DNA of 32,942 nt from an uncultured Hyphomicrobiales bacterium (lineage in GTDB: Bacteria > Pseudomonadota > Alphaproteobacteria > Rhizobiales > Rhizobiaceae), in assembly GCA_963922405.1 (NCBI GenBank), contig CAWUJF010000001.1:1-32942 (forward strand), read 5' to 3'. The stretch's first letter is position 1; every line of letters starts with the position of its first letter. The notes under the pieces are model-generated. The model was not told the DNA's origin. It saw only the letters and a program-made list of their open reading frames with translations, and did no database searches. This document shows, in pieces, positions 20,190 through 29,070 of this stretch. Both the position numbers and the translations under genes were made by a program.

Positions 20190-20201
20190 TTGACGTCTCC
20201 C

Positions 20202-20744
20202 TTAGCTCGATGCAGCTGTAACCGCTTTGGTCACATCCGCCTTGGTTACAGTTCCACCGATCAGCTCTTTAACGATGGCAGTGGTTGTGTCGGCAGCAAT
20301 CGTACCCACTTCACCCATTGCCTTTGTTTTGATCTCAGCAATCTGTGCTTCGGCTTCCGCAAGTTTGGCACTCAACTCTTCCTCGACCTTCTCACGGGCT
20401 GCGGCAGCTTCGGCTTTCGCTTTCTCCGTTGCTTCGAGGGCAATTGAATGAGCATTTTTCTTTGCTTCAGCCAATTCATGTTCATAGGCAGCTTGAGCAG
20501 CGTCTGCTTCAGCTTTAAGCCTTTGCGTTTCATCAAGATCCCTGGAAATCCGATCATGCCGACCTTCCAGAATTCCAGCTACGCGTGGGATAATTACACG
20601 ATTCATGATCATGTAAAAAATGCCAAAAGTAATTGTTAACCACAAAAGCTGTGATGCAAAATAGGTTGGATCAAACGGAGGAAATGCCCCGGATTCTCCA
20701 CCTGCTGCAGCGGTTTCCGCTGCGATTGCTTGGCTAATGAACAT
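20202..20744 (-). CDS. F0F1 ATP synthase subunit b'
   Basis: 180 aa. [27 protein letters not shown] is the hallmark b' N-terminus. It sits between the c and b genes, as in alphaproteobacterial F0 operons. Confidence 0.85.
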   Translation of the reverse strand: MFISQAIAAETAAAGGESGAFPPFDPTYFASQLLWLTITFGIFYMIMNRVIIPRVAGILEGRHDRISRDLDETQRLKAEADAAQAAYEHELAEAKKNAHSIALEATEKAKAEAAAAREKVEEELSAKLAEAEAQIAEIKTKAMGEVGTIAADTTTAIVKELIGGTVTKADVTKAVTAASS

Positions 20745-20762
20745 CAGTTCGCTCCACTCTGA

Positions 20763-20810
20763 TTATAACAAGAAAACAAACCCGCTGCACCTGCTAAGGT
20801 TGTTGCGGGT
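20763..20810 (-). terminator. Intercistronic stem-loop with U-rich tail between atpE and the b' gene (possible attenuator or mRNA stabiliser)
   Basis: On the minus strand: ACCCGC-aaca-ACCT-tagc-AGGT-gca-GCGGGT followed by TTGTTTTCTTGTT. It begins about 9 nt after the atpE stop. Confidence 0.35.
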
Positions 20811-20818
20811 CCGGTATC

Positions 20819-21043
20819 TTATGTGAACAGAAGAAGGAATGCGATCAGAAGTGCGAAGATGCCGAGAGCTTCTGTCACCGCAAATCCGAAGATCAGGCGA
20901 CCGAACTGTGCATCTGCTGCTGATGGGTTGCGAAGTGCACCCTGCAGGAATTGACCGAATAGGTTACCCACACCCACTGCCGCTACGCCAGTACCGATAG
21001 CTGCTAGGCCTGCGCCGATGAGTCTTGCTGCTTCTGGTTCCAT
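20819..21043 (-). CDS. atpE: F0F1 ATP synthase subunit c
   Basis: 74 aa, a two-helix proteolipid with a GxGxGxG-type helix 1 ([17 protein letters not shown]) and the carboxylate helix [13 protein letters not shown]. Confidence 0.95.
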   Translation of the reverse strand: MEPEAARLIGAGLAAIGTGVAAVGVGNLFGQFLQGALRNPSAADAQFGRLIFGFAVTEALGIFALLIAFLLLFT

Positions 21044-21103
21044 TTTGATAACTCCTTTATGGAAATAAGAATTCAGTTTTGGCGGATTACCGCCTGTTTA
21101 GGT

Positions 21104-21856
21104 TTAGTGCCCGTCCGGATGAAGGGCATCATTGAGATACATGCAAGTCAGCATCGTGAAGACGTAGGCTTGCAGGAAGGCCACCAGGAATTCCAGTGCG
21201 GTCAGACCGATTGTCATCAAAAGCGGTAGAATTGCGCCAATGACACCGACAAACCCAAGGCTTCCCAGAGAAACGATAAAGCCGGCAAACACTTTAAGAG
21301 TGATGTGCCCGGCTAGCATGTTTGCGAACAAACGAATTGAGTGGCTGAGCGGGCGAGAGAAGAACGAAATAACTTCAATCAGGACAACCGCCGGCAAAAT
21401 TGCCATTGGAACACCGCTTGGCACGAATAATTTCAGGAACTTGAGACCGTTTTTATAAAAGCCGACTGCCAGTACGGTAAAGAAAACCAGTAACGCTAAG
21501 GCGGCTGTAATAATCACATGGCTTGTAACGGTAAAGAAGTACGGGAACATGCCAAACATGTTGATCACCAGGATAAACATGAATAGCGAGAACACAAGCG
21601 GGAAGAACTTCATTCCTTCTGAGCCGGCTGCATCTTTCAACATACCTGCCACGAACTCGTAAATCATTTCTGCGATTGACTGTGCACGGGACGGTACAAT
21701 GCCGCGTCCGTTGGTGGCCCAAATAAAGAAACCGGATGTCAGCGCCACTGTGGCAACCATAAACAGGGATGAGTTGGTGAAAGAGATATCCACACCACTG
21801 ATTTCGAGCGGGATGAGTTCCTTCAATTGAAACTGACTTATTGGGTCGTTAGCCAC
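21104..21856 (-). CDS. atpB: F0F1 ATP synthase subunit a
   Basis: 250 aa, polytopic, with the conserved [15 protein letters not shown] (essential Arg) block. Confidence 0.95.
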   Translation of the reverse strand: MANDPISQFQLKELIPLEISGVDISFTNSSLFMVATVALTSGFFIWATNGRGIVPSRAQSIAEMIYEFVAGMLKDAAGSEGMKFFPLVFSLFMFILVINMFGMFPYFFTVTSHVIITAALALLVFFTVLAVGFYKNGLKFLKLFVPSGVPMAILPAVVLIEVISFFSRPLSHSIRLFANMLAGHITLKVFAGFIVSLGSLGFVGVIGAILPLLMTIGLTALEFLVAFLQAYVFTMLTCMYLNDALHPDGH

Positions 21857-21903
21857 GGTATATCCTTCATGCCCATAGTGATCGCAAACAAACGATCAGA
21901 ATT

Positions 21904-22266
21904 TCACTTTGTATTGTCTGGACCCTTTTTATCTGAGCCTTTCAGCTCATAGGGACCCGACATTTGTCCTGCACTACGCAGAACATTTAAAACGCCTGCC
22001 ACAAAACCAAGCATGAGAAAAATGATCATCATCCAAGGCTTTGTTCCGATTAGCCAGTCGATTCCAAATCCGATCGCCAGCCCCACCAGAATTGCCGCAA
22101 CGAATTCGCTCGACATTTGCATTCCCTTGCCAAGCCCGGGTTTTCCGGCCTCAGCATCACCTTGAAGATTTTGTTGCTTTGTCTCACGCCCAAGGCGCTT
22201 GTTCATAGCATCAAGCTTTTCTCCAAGCCGCTCTTTTTCGCCATTGTCAAACTGTTTTCCACTCAT
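21904..22266 (-). CDS. atpI: ATP synthase protein I (AtpI/AtpZ-like)
   Basis: 120 aa with a hydrophilic N-terminus then two TM helices. It lies directly upstream of atpB. Confidence 0.75.
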   Translation of the reverse strand: MSGKQFDNGEKERLGEKLDAMNKRLGRETKQQNLQGDAEAGKPGLGKGMQMSSEFVAAILVGLAIGFGIDWLIGTKPWMMIIFLMLGFVAGVLNVLRSAGQMSGPYELKGSDKKGPDNTK

Positions 22267-22406
22267 CGTCGCCTCGGCCTCCCTGATTATGCGGCCAATC
22301 CTTCAAACGAATTCGAAAGTGTCTTAGGACAAGACATTGACAGCAACTTGAAAGCACATGAAATCGAGCTAGTGACACCTATTTTGACAGCTCCAAAGAT
22401 GGGCGC

Positions 22407-22435
22407 AACATAGTTTTTTAGCCATTACAAGTCAA
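22407..22435 (-). promoter_or_regulatory. Candidate sigma70-type promoter for the atpI-B-E-b'-b operon
   Basis: On the minus strand: TTGACT, a 17-nt spacer, then TATGTT, about 140 nt upstream of the atpI ATG. Confidence 0.3.
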
Positions 22436-22560
22436 GCAATCTTGATACGACTTAAGTAGTTGAAATCAAAGAAAATCTGGAATTTAGACACACCAGGTGT
22501 GACAATTGTGCAGGCGTTTTGAGAGATTCCGCAAATTTGTGTCTTAGAATGGGCGGATTC

Positions 22561-23703
22561 TTATGACCATCCGCCGCCATAGGTCCGGTAAAAGATGTGT
22601 AGACCGATTTTCCCCACACGTTTCATAGTCCTGGCCCAACGTGGACGCACATAGGTTGCATGATAATGCGTGGATGAGCCCACATTTGGCAACCAAATTC
22701 TGCCGCTTGTGGTTTCCTTTGCCACATGTTCTGCAAGTCTGTACCGCTTACGATCATTCACACGGTCTCTGATACGGTCACAGGCAAACGAGAACTGACA
22801 ACGGTTGTACCAATGCTTGTTCTGATAGACGACACCACAAATTGTGTTGGGATAGTGTGGGTTACGCACCCGGTTCAGGATAACCTGAGCAACAGCAGCT
22901 TGTCCTTTCACAGGTTCACCGCGCGCTTCGAAGTAAATACCCTGCGCGAGACAGGCTTGCTGTCTCTTTGAAAACGAATTCTTCGGTAGAGGGTCTGCTG
23001 CCCAACGGTGATCGCCCTTGGCCAGTTTGGGAACAATTTTGACCGGCTTTGTTTCTTTCAGAATGGCACTGAACGGCGAATACTCTTTTTTCGGCTCAGG
23101 CGCATAGGAAAGAACAGAGCTTTGAGACTGTTTTACAAGGCTCGCCACCTGAACCGGAAGATGTTTTGTTTCAGGCAAAGCACGCTTTTTCTTTTTCGGA
23201 TGGAAAATAGCTGCGACCTGATACGCTTCTTCATGCGGCTTTGGTTTCACAAAGGCGAGTACGGTTTTCTTGTCCAAATCCAACGGTGCCAGGAAGCTCT
23301 GACGTTCCAGAACTGACCCGGCGGAGAATTTTTCAGGAGCCTGACGTGCAGTTGTCTGTACCACACGCGATCCCTTGATAGCCCGGTTTATCTTTTGTGG
23401 TGCATCAGCACGTACAATTTTTCGGCTGGCGGTCAGATTACTGTTGACCGAACTGGTGATGATGGTGTCCACACCGTTGTCAGCCTGTTGAAGATTGGCG
23501 ACGCTTTCGCCCGTTTGTTGTTCCAGGTGAACCAGCCAACGGTCTTTACCGTTGTGACCAACAAGGCCTGCAATATCTTGATGAGCGATAGACGTGGTCT
23601 GCATTCCAAATGCTGAAGCCGACAAGACCAGCGTAAACAGACCATAATTCAGGTTTTTGACAACATTGATGCCGCTGCGAGTGTTACGCAAAACAAACTC
23701 CAC
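22561..23703 (-). CDS. Cell wall hydrolase, SleB/Hydrolase_2 domain, secreted
   Basis: 380 aa with an N-terminal signal-like segment. The C-terminal block CLAQGIYFEARGEPVKGQAAVAQVILNRVRNPHYPNTICGVVYQ...CQFSFACD is typical of SleB-type hydrolases. The start may be internal. Confidence 0.8.
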   Translation of the reverse strand: MEFVLRNTRSGINVVKNLNYGLFTLVLSASAFGMQTTSIAHQDIAGLVGHNGKDRWLVHLEQQTGESVANLQQADNGVDTIITSSVNSNLTASRKIVRADAPQKINRAIKGSRVVQTTARQAPEKFSAGSVLERQSFLAPLDLDKKTVLAFVKPKPHEEAYQVAAIFHPKKKKRALPETKHLPVQVASLVKQSQSSVLSYAPEPKKEYSPFSAILKETKPVKIVPKLAKGDHRWAADPLPKNSFSKRQQACLAQGIYFEARGEPVKGQAAVAQVILNRVRNPHYPNTICGVVYQNKHWYNRCQFSFACDRIRDRVNDRKRYRLAEHVAKETTSGRIWLPNVGSSTHYHATYVRPRWARTMKRVGKIGLHIFYRTYGGGWS

Positions 23704-23858
23704 TCAATTTAACCAGAGTGCCCCCTGCGGATACTTCGGCCACAAAACACTCAACACACAAAGAATGTCGATCTAAATCAACTGATCAAAGATTATGATT
23801 TTATCCTTAAAAAACGGTAAAGTGTGTTGATAGTGAGGAATTGCCGCGTGCGGTTAGC

Positions 23859-25244
23859 TTATTTTGCACGCCTTTTTCGATTGGCATATGGGTTATCACC
23901 CTTGCGCATGTAAAGGCGAATAGGAACCGCATCCAGATCAAACTCTTTTCTTATGGAATTGACGAGATAGCGCTCATAAGAGGCCGGCAGGGACTCCGGT
24001 CTAGAGCAGGAAATAGAAAAGGTCGGAGGCCTGCTTTTGGCCTGCGTCACATATTTAAGTTTGATGCGTCGCCCTGCCACTGCAGGAGGTGGATGATGAT
24101 ACTGCACATCATCCAACCAACGGTTCAACGGAGCGGTTGGTATCCTGCGGTTCCATGCCTGATGCACTTCCAGAACCGCTTCCATCAGCTTGTCCAGCCC
24201 TTCCCCGGTTTCACCGGAAACAGGAATGACCTTCAGCCCCTTCACCTGGGAAATCGCTTCCTGCGCCTGAAGCATCATTTCCTTGAGTGTCTCCTGCCTG
24301 TCGTCCACAAGATCCCATTTATTCAGTGCGATCACAGGTGCTCTGCCTTCACGGATCACCAGATCAATAATCTGAACATCCTGCTTTTCGAACGGTATGG
24401 TCACATCAATAACGACGATCACCACCTCGGCAAATTGCACGGCGCGAAGCCCATCAGATACTGAGAGCTTTTCAAGTTTTTCCTGAACTCTGGCTTTCTT
24501 TCTCATGCCTGCCGTGTCGTGCAGCCTGATCGTCCGGCCTTTCCATTCCCAATCTACTGAAATAGAGTCTCGGGTTATTCCGGCTTCCGGCCCTGTGAGC
24601 AGTCGCTCGCTACCGATGAGCTGATTGATCAGTGTGGATTTACCTGCATTTGGGCGACCCGCCACCGCAACCTTCATGATGCGGCTTTCGATAGAATCCT
24701 CGTTTTCTCCGTCATCCTCAGCATCGCTTTCAATCGGATAAGCCACGTCTTCCCCGACTGCTTCAACGATTGCATCATGAAGATCAGCCATACCCTGCCC
24801 ATGCTCTGCAGAAATCGGCACAGGCTCTCCGAACCCAAGTGAAAAGGCATCGTAATAGCCACTTTCTCCCGGCTTGCCTTCCATCTTGTTGGCAACCAGG
24901 ATCACCGGCTTGTCGATTTTTCGCAGGATTTGCGCAAATGTATGATCATCCGGAAGAATACCTGCACGGCTATCTATGAGAAACAGGCAGACATCGGCCT
25001 CGTCAATGGCTGCGCTTGTTTGTTCCCACATCCGGCCTTCGAGACTGTCTTCATGTGCCTCTTCCAGCCCGGCCGTATCCACCACATTAAACTTTAGTTC
25101 GCCAATACTCCCATCAGCAAACCGCCGATCGCGGGTGACACCGGGAGTGTCATCAACCAGCGCAAGCCTCTTGCCAACCAGTCGGTTGAACAGCGTCGAT
25201 TTACCCACATTGGGCCGACCGATGATGGCTAGGGTAAAGTTCAT
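23859..25244 (-). CDS. der: Ribosome biogenesis GTPase Der (EngA)
   Basis: 461 aa with two tandem GTPase domains (GRPNVGKST and [10 protein letters not shown]-loops, DTAG twice, NKxD twice) and a C-terminal KH-like domain. Confidence 0.95.
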   Translation of the reverse strand: MNFTLAIIGRPNVGKSTLFNRLVGKRLALVDDTPGVTRDRRFADGSIGELKFNVVDTAGLEEAHEDSLEGRMWEQTSAAIDEADVCLFLIDSRAGILPDDHTFAQILRKIDKPVILVANKMEGKPGESGYYDAFSLGFGEPVPISAEHGQGMADLHDAIVEAVGEDVAYPIESDAEDDGENEDSIESRIMKVAVAGRPNAGKSTLINQLIGSERLLTGPEAGITRDSISVDWEWKGRTIRLHDTAGMRKKARVQEKLEKLSVSDGLRAVQFAEVVIVVIDVTIPFEKQDVQIIDLVIREGRAPVIALNKWDLVDDRQETLKEMMLQAQEAISQVKGLKVIPVSGETGEGLDKLMEAVLEVHQAWNRRIPTAPLNRWLDDVQYHHPPPAVAGRRIKLKYVTQAKSRPPTFSISCSRPESLPASYERYLVNSIRKEFDLDAVPIRLYMRKGDNPYANRKRRAK

Positions 25245-25262
25245 TGTTTTTCTTTCAGGCTT

Positions 25263-25970
25263 TTAGCCGTCGCCTTCAGTAGCTTCCTGATTTTCACTTT
25301 CAGGAGCGGAGGTAATTCCTTTGCCGGCCAGAAGCTGAAGCATCACATCAGCGCGCCCACGGGTGCCGTTTGGCGCTTCAAAGTCAGCAGCGATTTCACT
25401 GAACCACTTATGTGCATCCTTGTATTTTTTCTCTTTCCAGGCAGAAAGACCCATACCTTCTCTGGCAGAATGCCTGAAGTTCAATCCCGCACCGGCCATT
25501 TGTTCCAGACGATCCGAGACCTCGTCAAACGACCCATGGTCCACAAGCAGCAATCCTGAGCGCAAACGTGCCACGCTTCGAAGTGTTTCATTAAAAGAAG
25601 TATCATTTGCGATTGTGTCGTATGCTTCAATTGCCTGACGTGCTTCCCCTTTGCGGGCAAACTCTGCTGCCAACCGGATTTTTGCTAGAGCTGGGTATTC
25701 TCCAACCCCGTCTTTTGAAAGGGCCTCAAGCATGGCAATCGCTTCGTCAATCTTGCCATCGTTGGAAAGCTCAACAGCCTCAACAAATTTGTCACCGGAT
25801 TCACCGGCAACAGATTCCTGGTAGTCATTCCAGAAAATTGTACCTGCAGTGGCCACCACAAGACCGACTGCCCCACCGATGATGAGATATTTAAATCGAT
25901 TCCAGAATTTCTTTAACTGATCGCTGCGAAGCTCTTCTTCAACTTCGCGAATAAAACTGTCGTCGGACAT
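25263..25970 (-). CDS. YfgM-like membrane-anchored TPR protein
   Basis: 235 aa. The MSDDSFIREVEEELRSDQLKKFW N-terminus is followed by one TM helix and a TPR-like periplasmic part. It lies directly upstream of der. Confidence 0.7.
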   Translation of the reverse strand: MSDDSFIREVEEELRSDQLKKFWNRFKYLIIGGAVGLVVATAGTIFWNDYQESVAGESGDKFVEAVELSNDGKIDEAIAMLEALSKDGVGEYPALAKIRLAAEFARKGEARQAIEAYDTIANDTSFNETLRSVARLRSGLLLVDHGSFDEVSDRLEQMAGAGLNFRHSAREGMGLSAWKEKKYKDAHKWFSEIAADFEAPNGTRGRADVMLQLLAGKGITSAPESENQEATEGDG

Positions 25971-26022
25971 CTAATTCTTCCATCCGTTTCTTTGATTGGG
26001 CCTTTTATCCCTTGATGCACTC

Positions 26023-26595
26023 TTATGCAATCGCTGGAACGCCAATCAACCAGGCATGCAGCCAGTAGCCAAATACAGCCCAAAGGATAAGACCGATCGC
26101 AAGTGACAGATAATCAGGCATGGCCGAACTTGCAACAGGTGATTCGCCGCCCCGGCGTTTTAAGGCAATTACGGCGATGATTGCCCATGCGAGAAACGAT
26201 CCGAACAGGAGGATGCTCGCCAGATCCCCATTTGCCAACAAATGAGCTATAGCCCAGACCTTAATGCCAATCAGCATCGGGTTTTTCATCCGGGCTTTGA
26301 TGTAACCCGTTGCTGGGATATTACCCGAAACAATCAGCACAAAACTCACCGCCATCAGCAGAACGGTGATGTGTCCCATCCAGAACGGTGTCTGATAAAT
26401 TACCGGACCCTCCCACCTGTAGCTCCCGTAACCGTAGGAAACTAACACAAGGCCGAAAATGGAAACGATTGTGTATAGAATCTTCCAACCGCCATCTCCC
26501 ATCTTGGCAATCATGCCATCCCTCAACCCGGGCGCCACAATTCGTACCATGTGCATCCCCAAAAACAGAACAAGGCCGATAATTAACAGTGCCAT
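26023..26595 (-). CDS. NnrU family membrane protein
   Basis: 190 aa with about 5 TM helices. The MALLIIGLVLFLGMH start and overall layout resemble NnrU-family proteins. The call is from recollection. Confidence 0.7.
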   Translation of the reverse strand: MALLIIGLVLFLGMHMVRIVAPGLRDGMIAKMGDGGWKILYTIVSIFGLVLVSYGYGSYRWEGPVIYQTPFWMGHITVLLMAVSFVLIVSGNIPATGYIKARMKNPMLIGIKVWAIAHLLANGDLASILLFGSFLAWAIIAVIALKRRGGESPVASSAMPDYLSLAIGLILWAVFGYWLHAWLIGVPAIA

Positions 26596-26638
26596 TGCCT
26601 TATTTCCTTTTACTCATTCCACATCTAAAATATCGCTT

Positions 26639-26968
26639 ATGACTATTGATATCGAAAAGGCCAAACAACGGCTAGAGGAAAAGCGCGCCGATTTGGAGAA
26701 CCTTTCTGAAATTTCAAAGGAGGCGCGGGATACCGTCGAATTGGATCAACAGGCCGTTGGCAGGCTTTCTCGCATGGATGCCATGCAGCAGCAGGCAATG
26801 GCAGAAGCCCAGGAGCGTGCACGGCAACTCGATCTCACACGCATAGATATGGCCTACCGACGTATGAATGATGGTGATTATGGCTATTGCATTGAGTGCG
26901 ACGAGGAAATACCCGACGCACGTCTCGCAATAGACCCGATGGCAGAACGCTGCGTTCGCTGCGCTTAA
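26639..26968 (+). CDS. TraR/DksA family C4-type zinc-finger protein
   Basis: The start is taken at ATG 26639 (MTIDIEKAKQRLEE), giving 109 aa with a coiled-coil followed by CIECDEEIPDARLAIDPMAERCVRC. The longer track ORF overlaps the nnrU-family gene and is rejected. Confidence 0.8.
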   Translation: MTIDIEKAKQRLEEKRADLENLSEISKEARDTVELDQQAVGRLSRMDAMQQQAMAEAQERARQLDLTRIDMAYRRMNDGDYGYCIECDEEIPDARLAIDPMAERCVRCA

Positions 26969-26979
26969 CGGCTGAGCAT

Positions 26980-28272
26980 TTATTCGGCCGGTGCCTCTTT
27001 GCCTTCCAGATATTTCTTATCAATGTCAGGCAATTCGCCACCTTCCAGAACTGATTCAAATGCCTGCAGTCGCTTATAAACCGACAACAATTCTACGATA
27101 GTTGTCCAGGAATTAATCAGATACTGGAATGAACCTTCAACTCTACCGAATGCACGAATGATCTGCTGCATGACACCAAGTGTTATAGCTCCGCTCGCAA
27201 TCGTCGGTGCAAGTGCAATGTAGGGAACCAAATTGCCAATTTGAAGATAGAAAATACGCACAACATTGAAGTACATGTAGTGGAAATAGAGCCTGAAATA
27301 GTTAGTACGAACATTGTCGAATAGTTCGCGGACACTGGGTGGGGCTGCACGTTCCTCATCATCTTCACCGTAAACCAGTTCTTTTCGGTATGCTGCTTCC
27401 ACTCTTTGATTCCGGAATTCAAGACCAGGAAGCTTGATACCTGCTGCAGCTACTAATGCAGTTCCAAAAATAGACCATAAAATGGCTACGAAAACCAAAC
27501 CTTGGCTCACTTCACCTATAATGGGTAATTCTTTTACTTGACTTGATAACCCCCATAACAATGGAAGAAAAGCAATCAGTGTCATAATTGAGTCAAGAAA
27601 GTTTACTCCGAGGCTTTCCGTAATCTGTGCAAACCGTTTTGTGTCCTCCTGAACTCGCTGAGAAGCACCTTCGATGTGCCGTAATTCCTTCCAGCGTGAC
27701 ATGTAGTAATCGTTCATGGCGTTTCGCCAGCGGAATACGTAGTGGCTTACGAAAAACCGGAATAATACAGCGACAAACACATAGACCAAAGCAATTTGCA
27801 GAAATGTGGCGATTTGGAAGTAGATTTCGCTTGCTTCAATAGTTCCGGGCGACCCCAGAGCTTGTTGGATGACATCATAGAACGATCCAAACCATTCATT
27901 GATCATGACATCCAATTGTACGAGGAACCAGTTCACGAAGAAAATCAATGCGGACCCGGCGACCGACCATCTTTGCCAGGGATGTTGATAAACCTTCATC
28001 CAGAAACCGCAGAATAGAAATATACTCAAAAGGAAGAATTGATAAAACCAGAAGCCATTGGCTGAAGAGGTGGCTTGCGCGAATGCTGCCTTTGCGGCGT
28101 CATCTGCTTCTGCTCCCAATTCTGCCGGAAAGCTGAATCCAAACAGACCTCCGAGGCTCAAATAAGGGCCCAGATTAACAAGCAGAAAAAACCATATCAG
28201 GATACAAAAAAGCGAATAAACGGCAAAAGAGCCAAAATACAACCGCGGGTTAGGAAAGAAAGAATGAAACAT
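26980..28272 (-). CDS. SbmA/BacA family peptide uptake transporter
   Basis: 430 aa. The MFHSFFPNPRLYFGSF N-terminus closely resembles E. coli SbmA and rhizobial BacA. It is a multi-TM protein with no ATPase domain. Confidence 0.88.
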   Translation of the reverse strand: MFHSFFPNPRLYFGSFAVYSLFCILIWFFLLVNLGPYLSLGGLFGFSFPAELGAEADDAAKAAFAQATSSANGFWFYQFFLLSIFLFCGFWMKVYQHPWQRWSVAGSALIFFVNWFLVQLDVMINEWFGSFYDVIQQALGSPGTIEASEIYFQIATFLQIALVYVFVAVLFRFFVSHYVFRWRNAMNDYYMSRWKELRHIEGASQRVQEDTKRFAQITESLGVNFLDSIMTLIAFLPLLWGLSSQVKELPIIGEVSQGLVFVAILWSIFGTALVAAAGIKLPGLEFRNQRVEAAYRKELVYGEDDEERAAPPSVRELFDNVRTNYFRLYFHYMYFNVVRIFYLQIGNLVPYIALAPTIASGAITLGVMQQIIRAFGRVEGSFQYLINSWTTIVELLSVYKRLQAFESVLEGGELPDIDKKYLEGKEAPAE

Positions 28273-28479
28273 ATTCTACCTGCAAATGATCAAATTTCCA
28301 CGAACCCTAATGCGCAATGGGTTTGGCCGCAAGACAAATTCAGGTGTGCATCAAGTCACACTCTGAAGCTGTTGGTTTAAAAAATAAAATTTAATCACGC
28401 TACCGTGTGCAATCCATCACAGAAGACCGTTTTTCCATTTGCTAGAAACATATTCAACGGGCAGTCACTTCCGTCCCAA

Positions 28480-28728
28480 CCACCGGAACCGGGGGGTTGA
28501 AGGTGGAAAGATCCTCCCGAAAAGCGCCCCTTCGGGAGGATCAACCGAATTTGCGCCAGTGAGTTTCATGTTGGCGTGAAACCCTCCCGGCCCGCAACGC
28601 CCCCGGGCCGGGAGGATTTAAGAAAACACAGGAACTATTGGTTTCTGGCCAGTTTCTTGTCTCCCCAAAACGCCCCTTTGGGTGGCAAGGACAAGCCGCT
28701 CTCCGCAAGGAGGGCGGCTTTGGTTTTT
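28480..28728 (+). ncRNA. Candidate structured sRNA or leader: three hairpins with CGCCCC loops plus a terminator
   Basis: Hairpin H1 is at 28510-28542, H2 at 28583-28615 and H3 at 28656-28695. The loop hexamer CGCCCC starts at 28525, 28598 and 28671. The terminator is oriented on the + strand. The 5' end was not determined and no promoter was recognised. Confidence 0.45.
28693..28728 (+). terminator. Rho-independent terminator
   Basis: AAGCCGCTCTCC-GCAA-GGAGGGCGGCTT (12-bp stem including one G-U pair, GNRA loop) followed by TGGTTTTT. Confidence 0.75.
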
Positions 28729-28817
28729 CAAAGCCATTTCAATAATTTTCAGCAAAATCAGACTCATTTACTGTTCGCTTACTAATCTGGAGCACAATGG
28801 CGGGGTAAGCGAATCGT

Positions 28818-29054
28818 ATGGAGTACGCTAAAATGCATTTCAAGAATGATGGCGATATCACGCAGGCCGATCTGCTTGAAGCAATTGCTGCAGACCAGTT
28901 TGCACAGGAGATGGATGATATCCTTCTTGATATTGCAGACCTTAACCCCGAAATCTGTCCTCCGGACCGGCGTTACTATCGCGATGATCGCGAAGCCTGG
29001 GTTTATGAACACGGAAATATTATCGAGCTTGTCTTTATCAAGACCGCTGAATAG
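28818..29054 (+). CDS. Small acidic hypothetical protein
   Basis: 78 aa (73 aa from the ATG at 28833, which has GGAG 9 nt upstream). No family recognised. The sequence is rich in D/E. Confidence 0.5.
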   Translation: MEYAKMHFKNDGDITQADLLEAIAADQFAQEMDDILLDIADLNPEICPPDRRYYRDDREAWVYEHGNIIELVFIKTAE

Positions 29055-29070
29055 CTCGGGCAGTAAATTC

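Noticed and set aside
23841-24464. 207-aa ORF antisense to der
   Set aside because: It is a shadow ORF within a universally conserved GTPase gene, with no RBS or recognisable motif.
28510-28695. Regular 33-nt hairpin / 40-nt spacer periodicity that superficially resembles a mini CRISPR array
   Set aside because: There are only three units. The units share the arm ends and the loop motif but are under 50% identical position by position. The third unit is structurally different, and no cas genes or leader are present.
28729-28767. 51-aa minus-strand ORF (ATG at 28767) reading back through the terminator and H3
   Set aside because: It has no SD, reads antisense through palindromic sequence, and the product has no features.
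28576-28785. 69-aa ORF (GTG start) running through hairpins H2, H3 and the terminator
   Set aside because: It has no SD and a low-complexity Pro/Arg-rich product. The reading frame is an obvious by-product of GC-rich palindromes and crosses a strong terminator.
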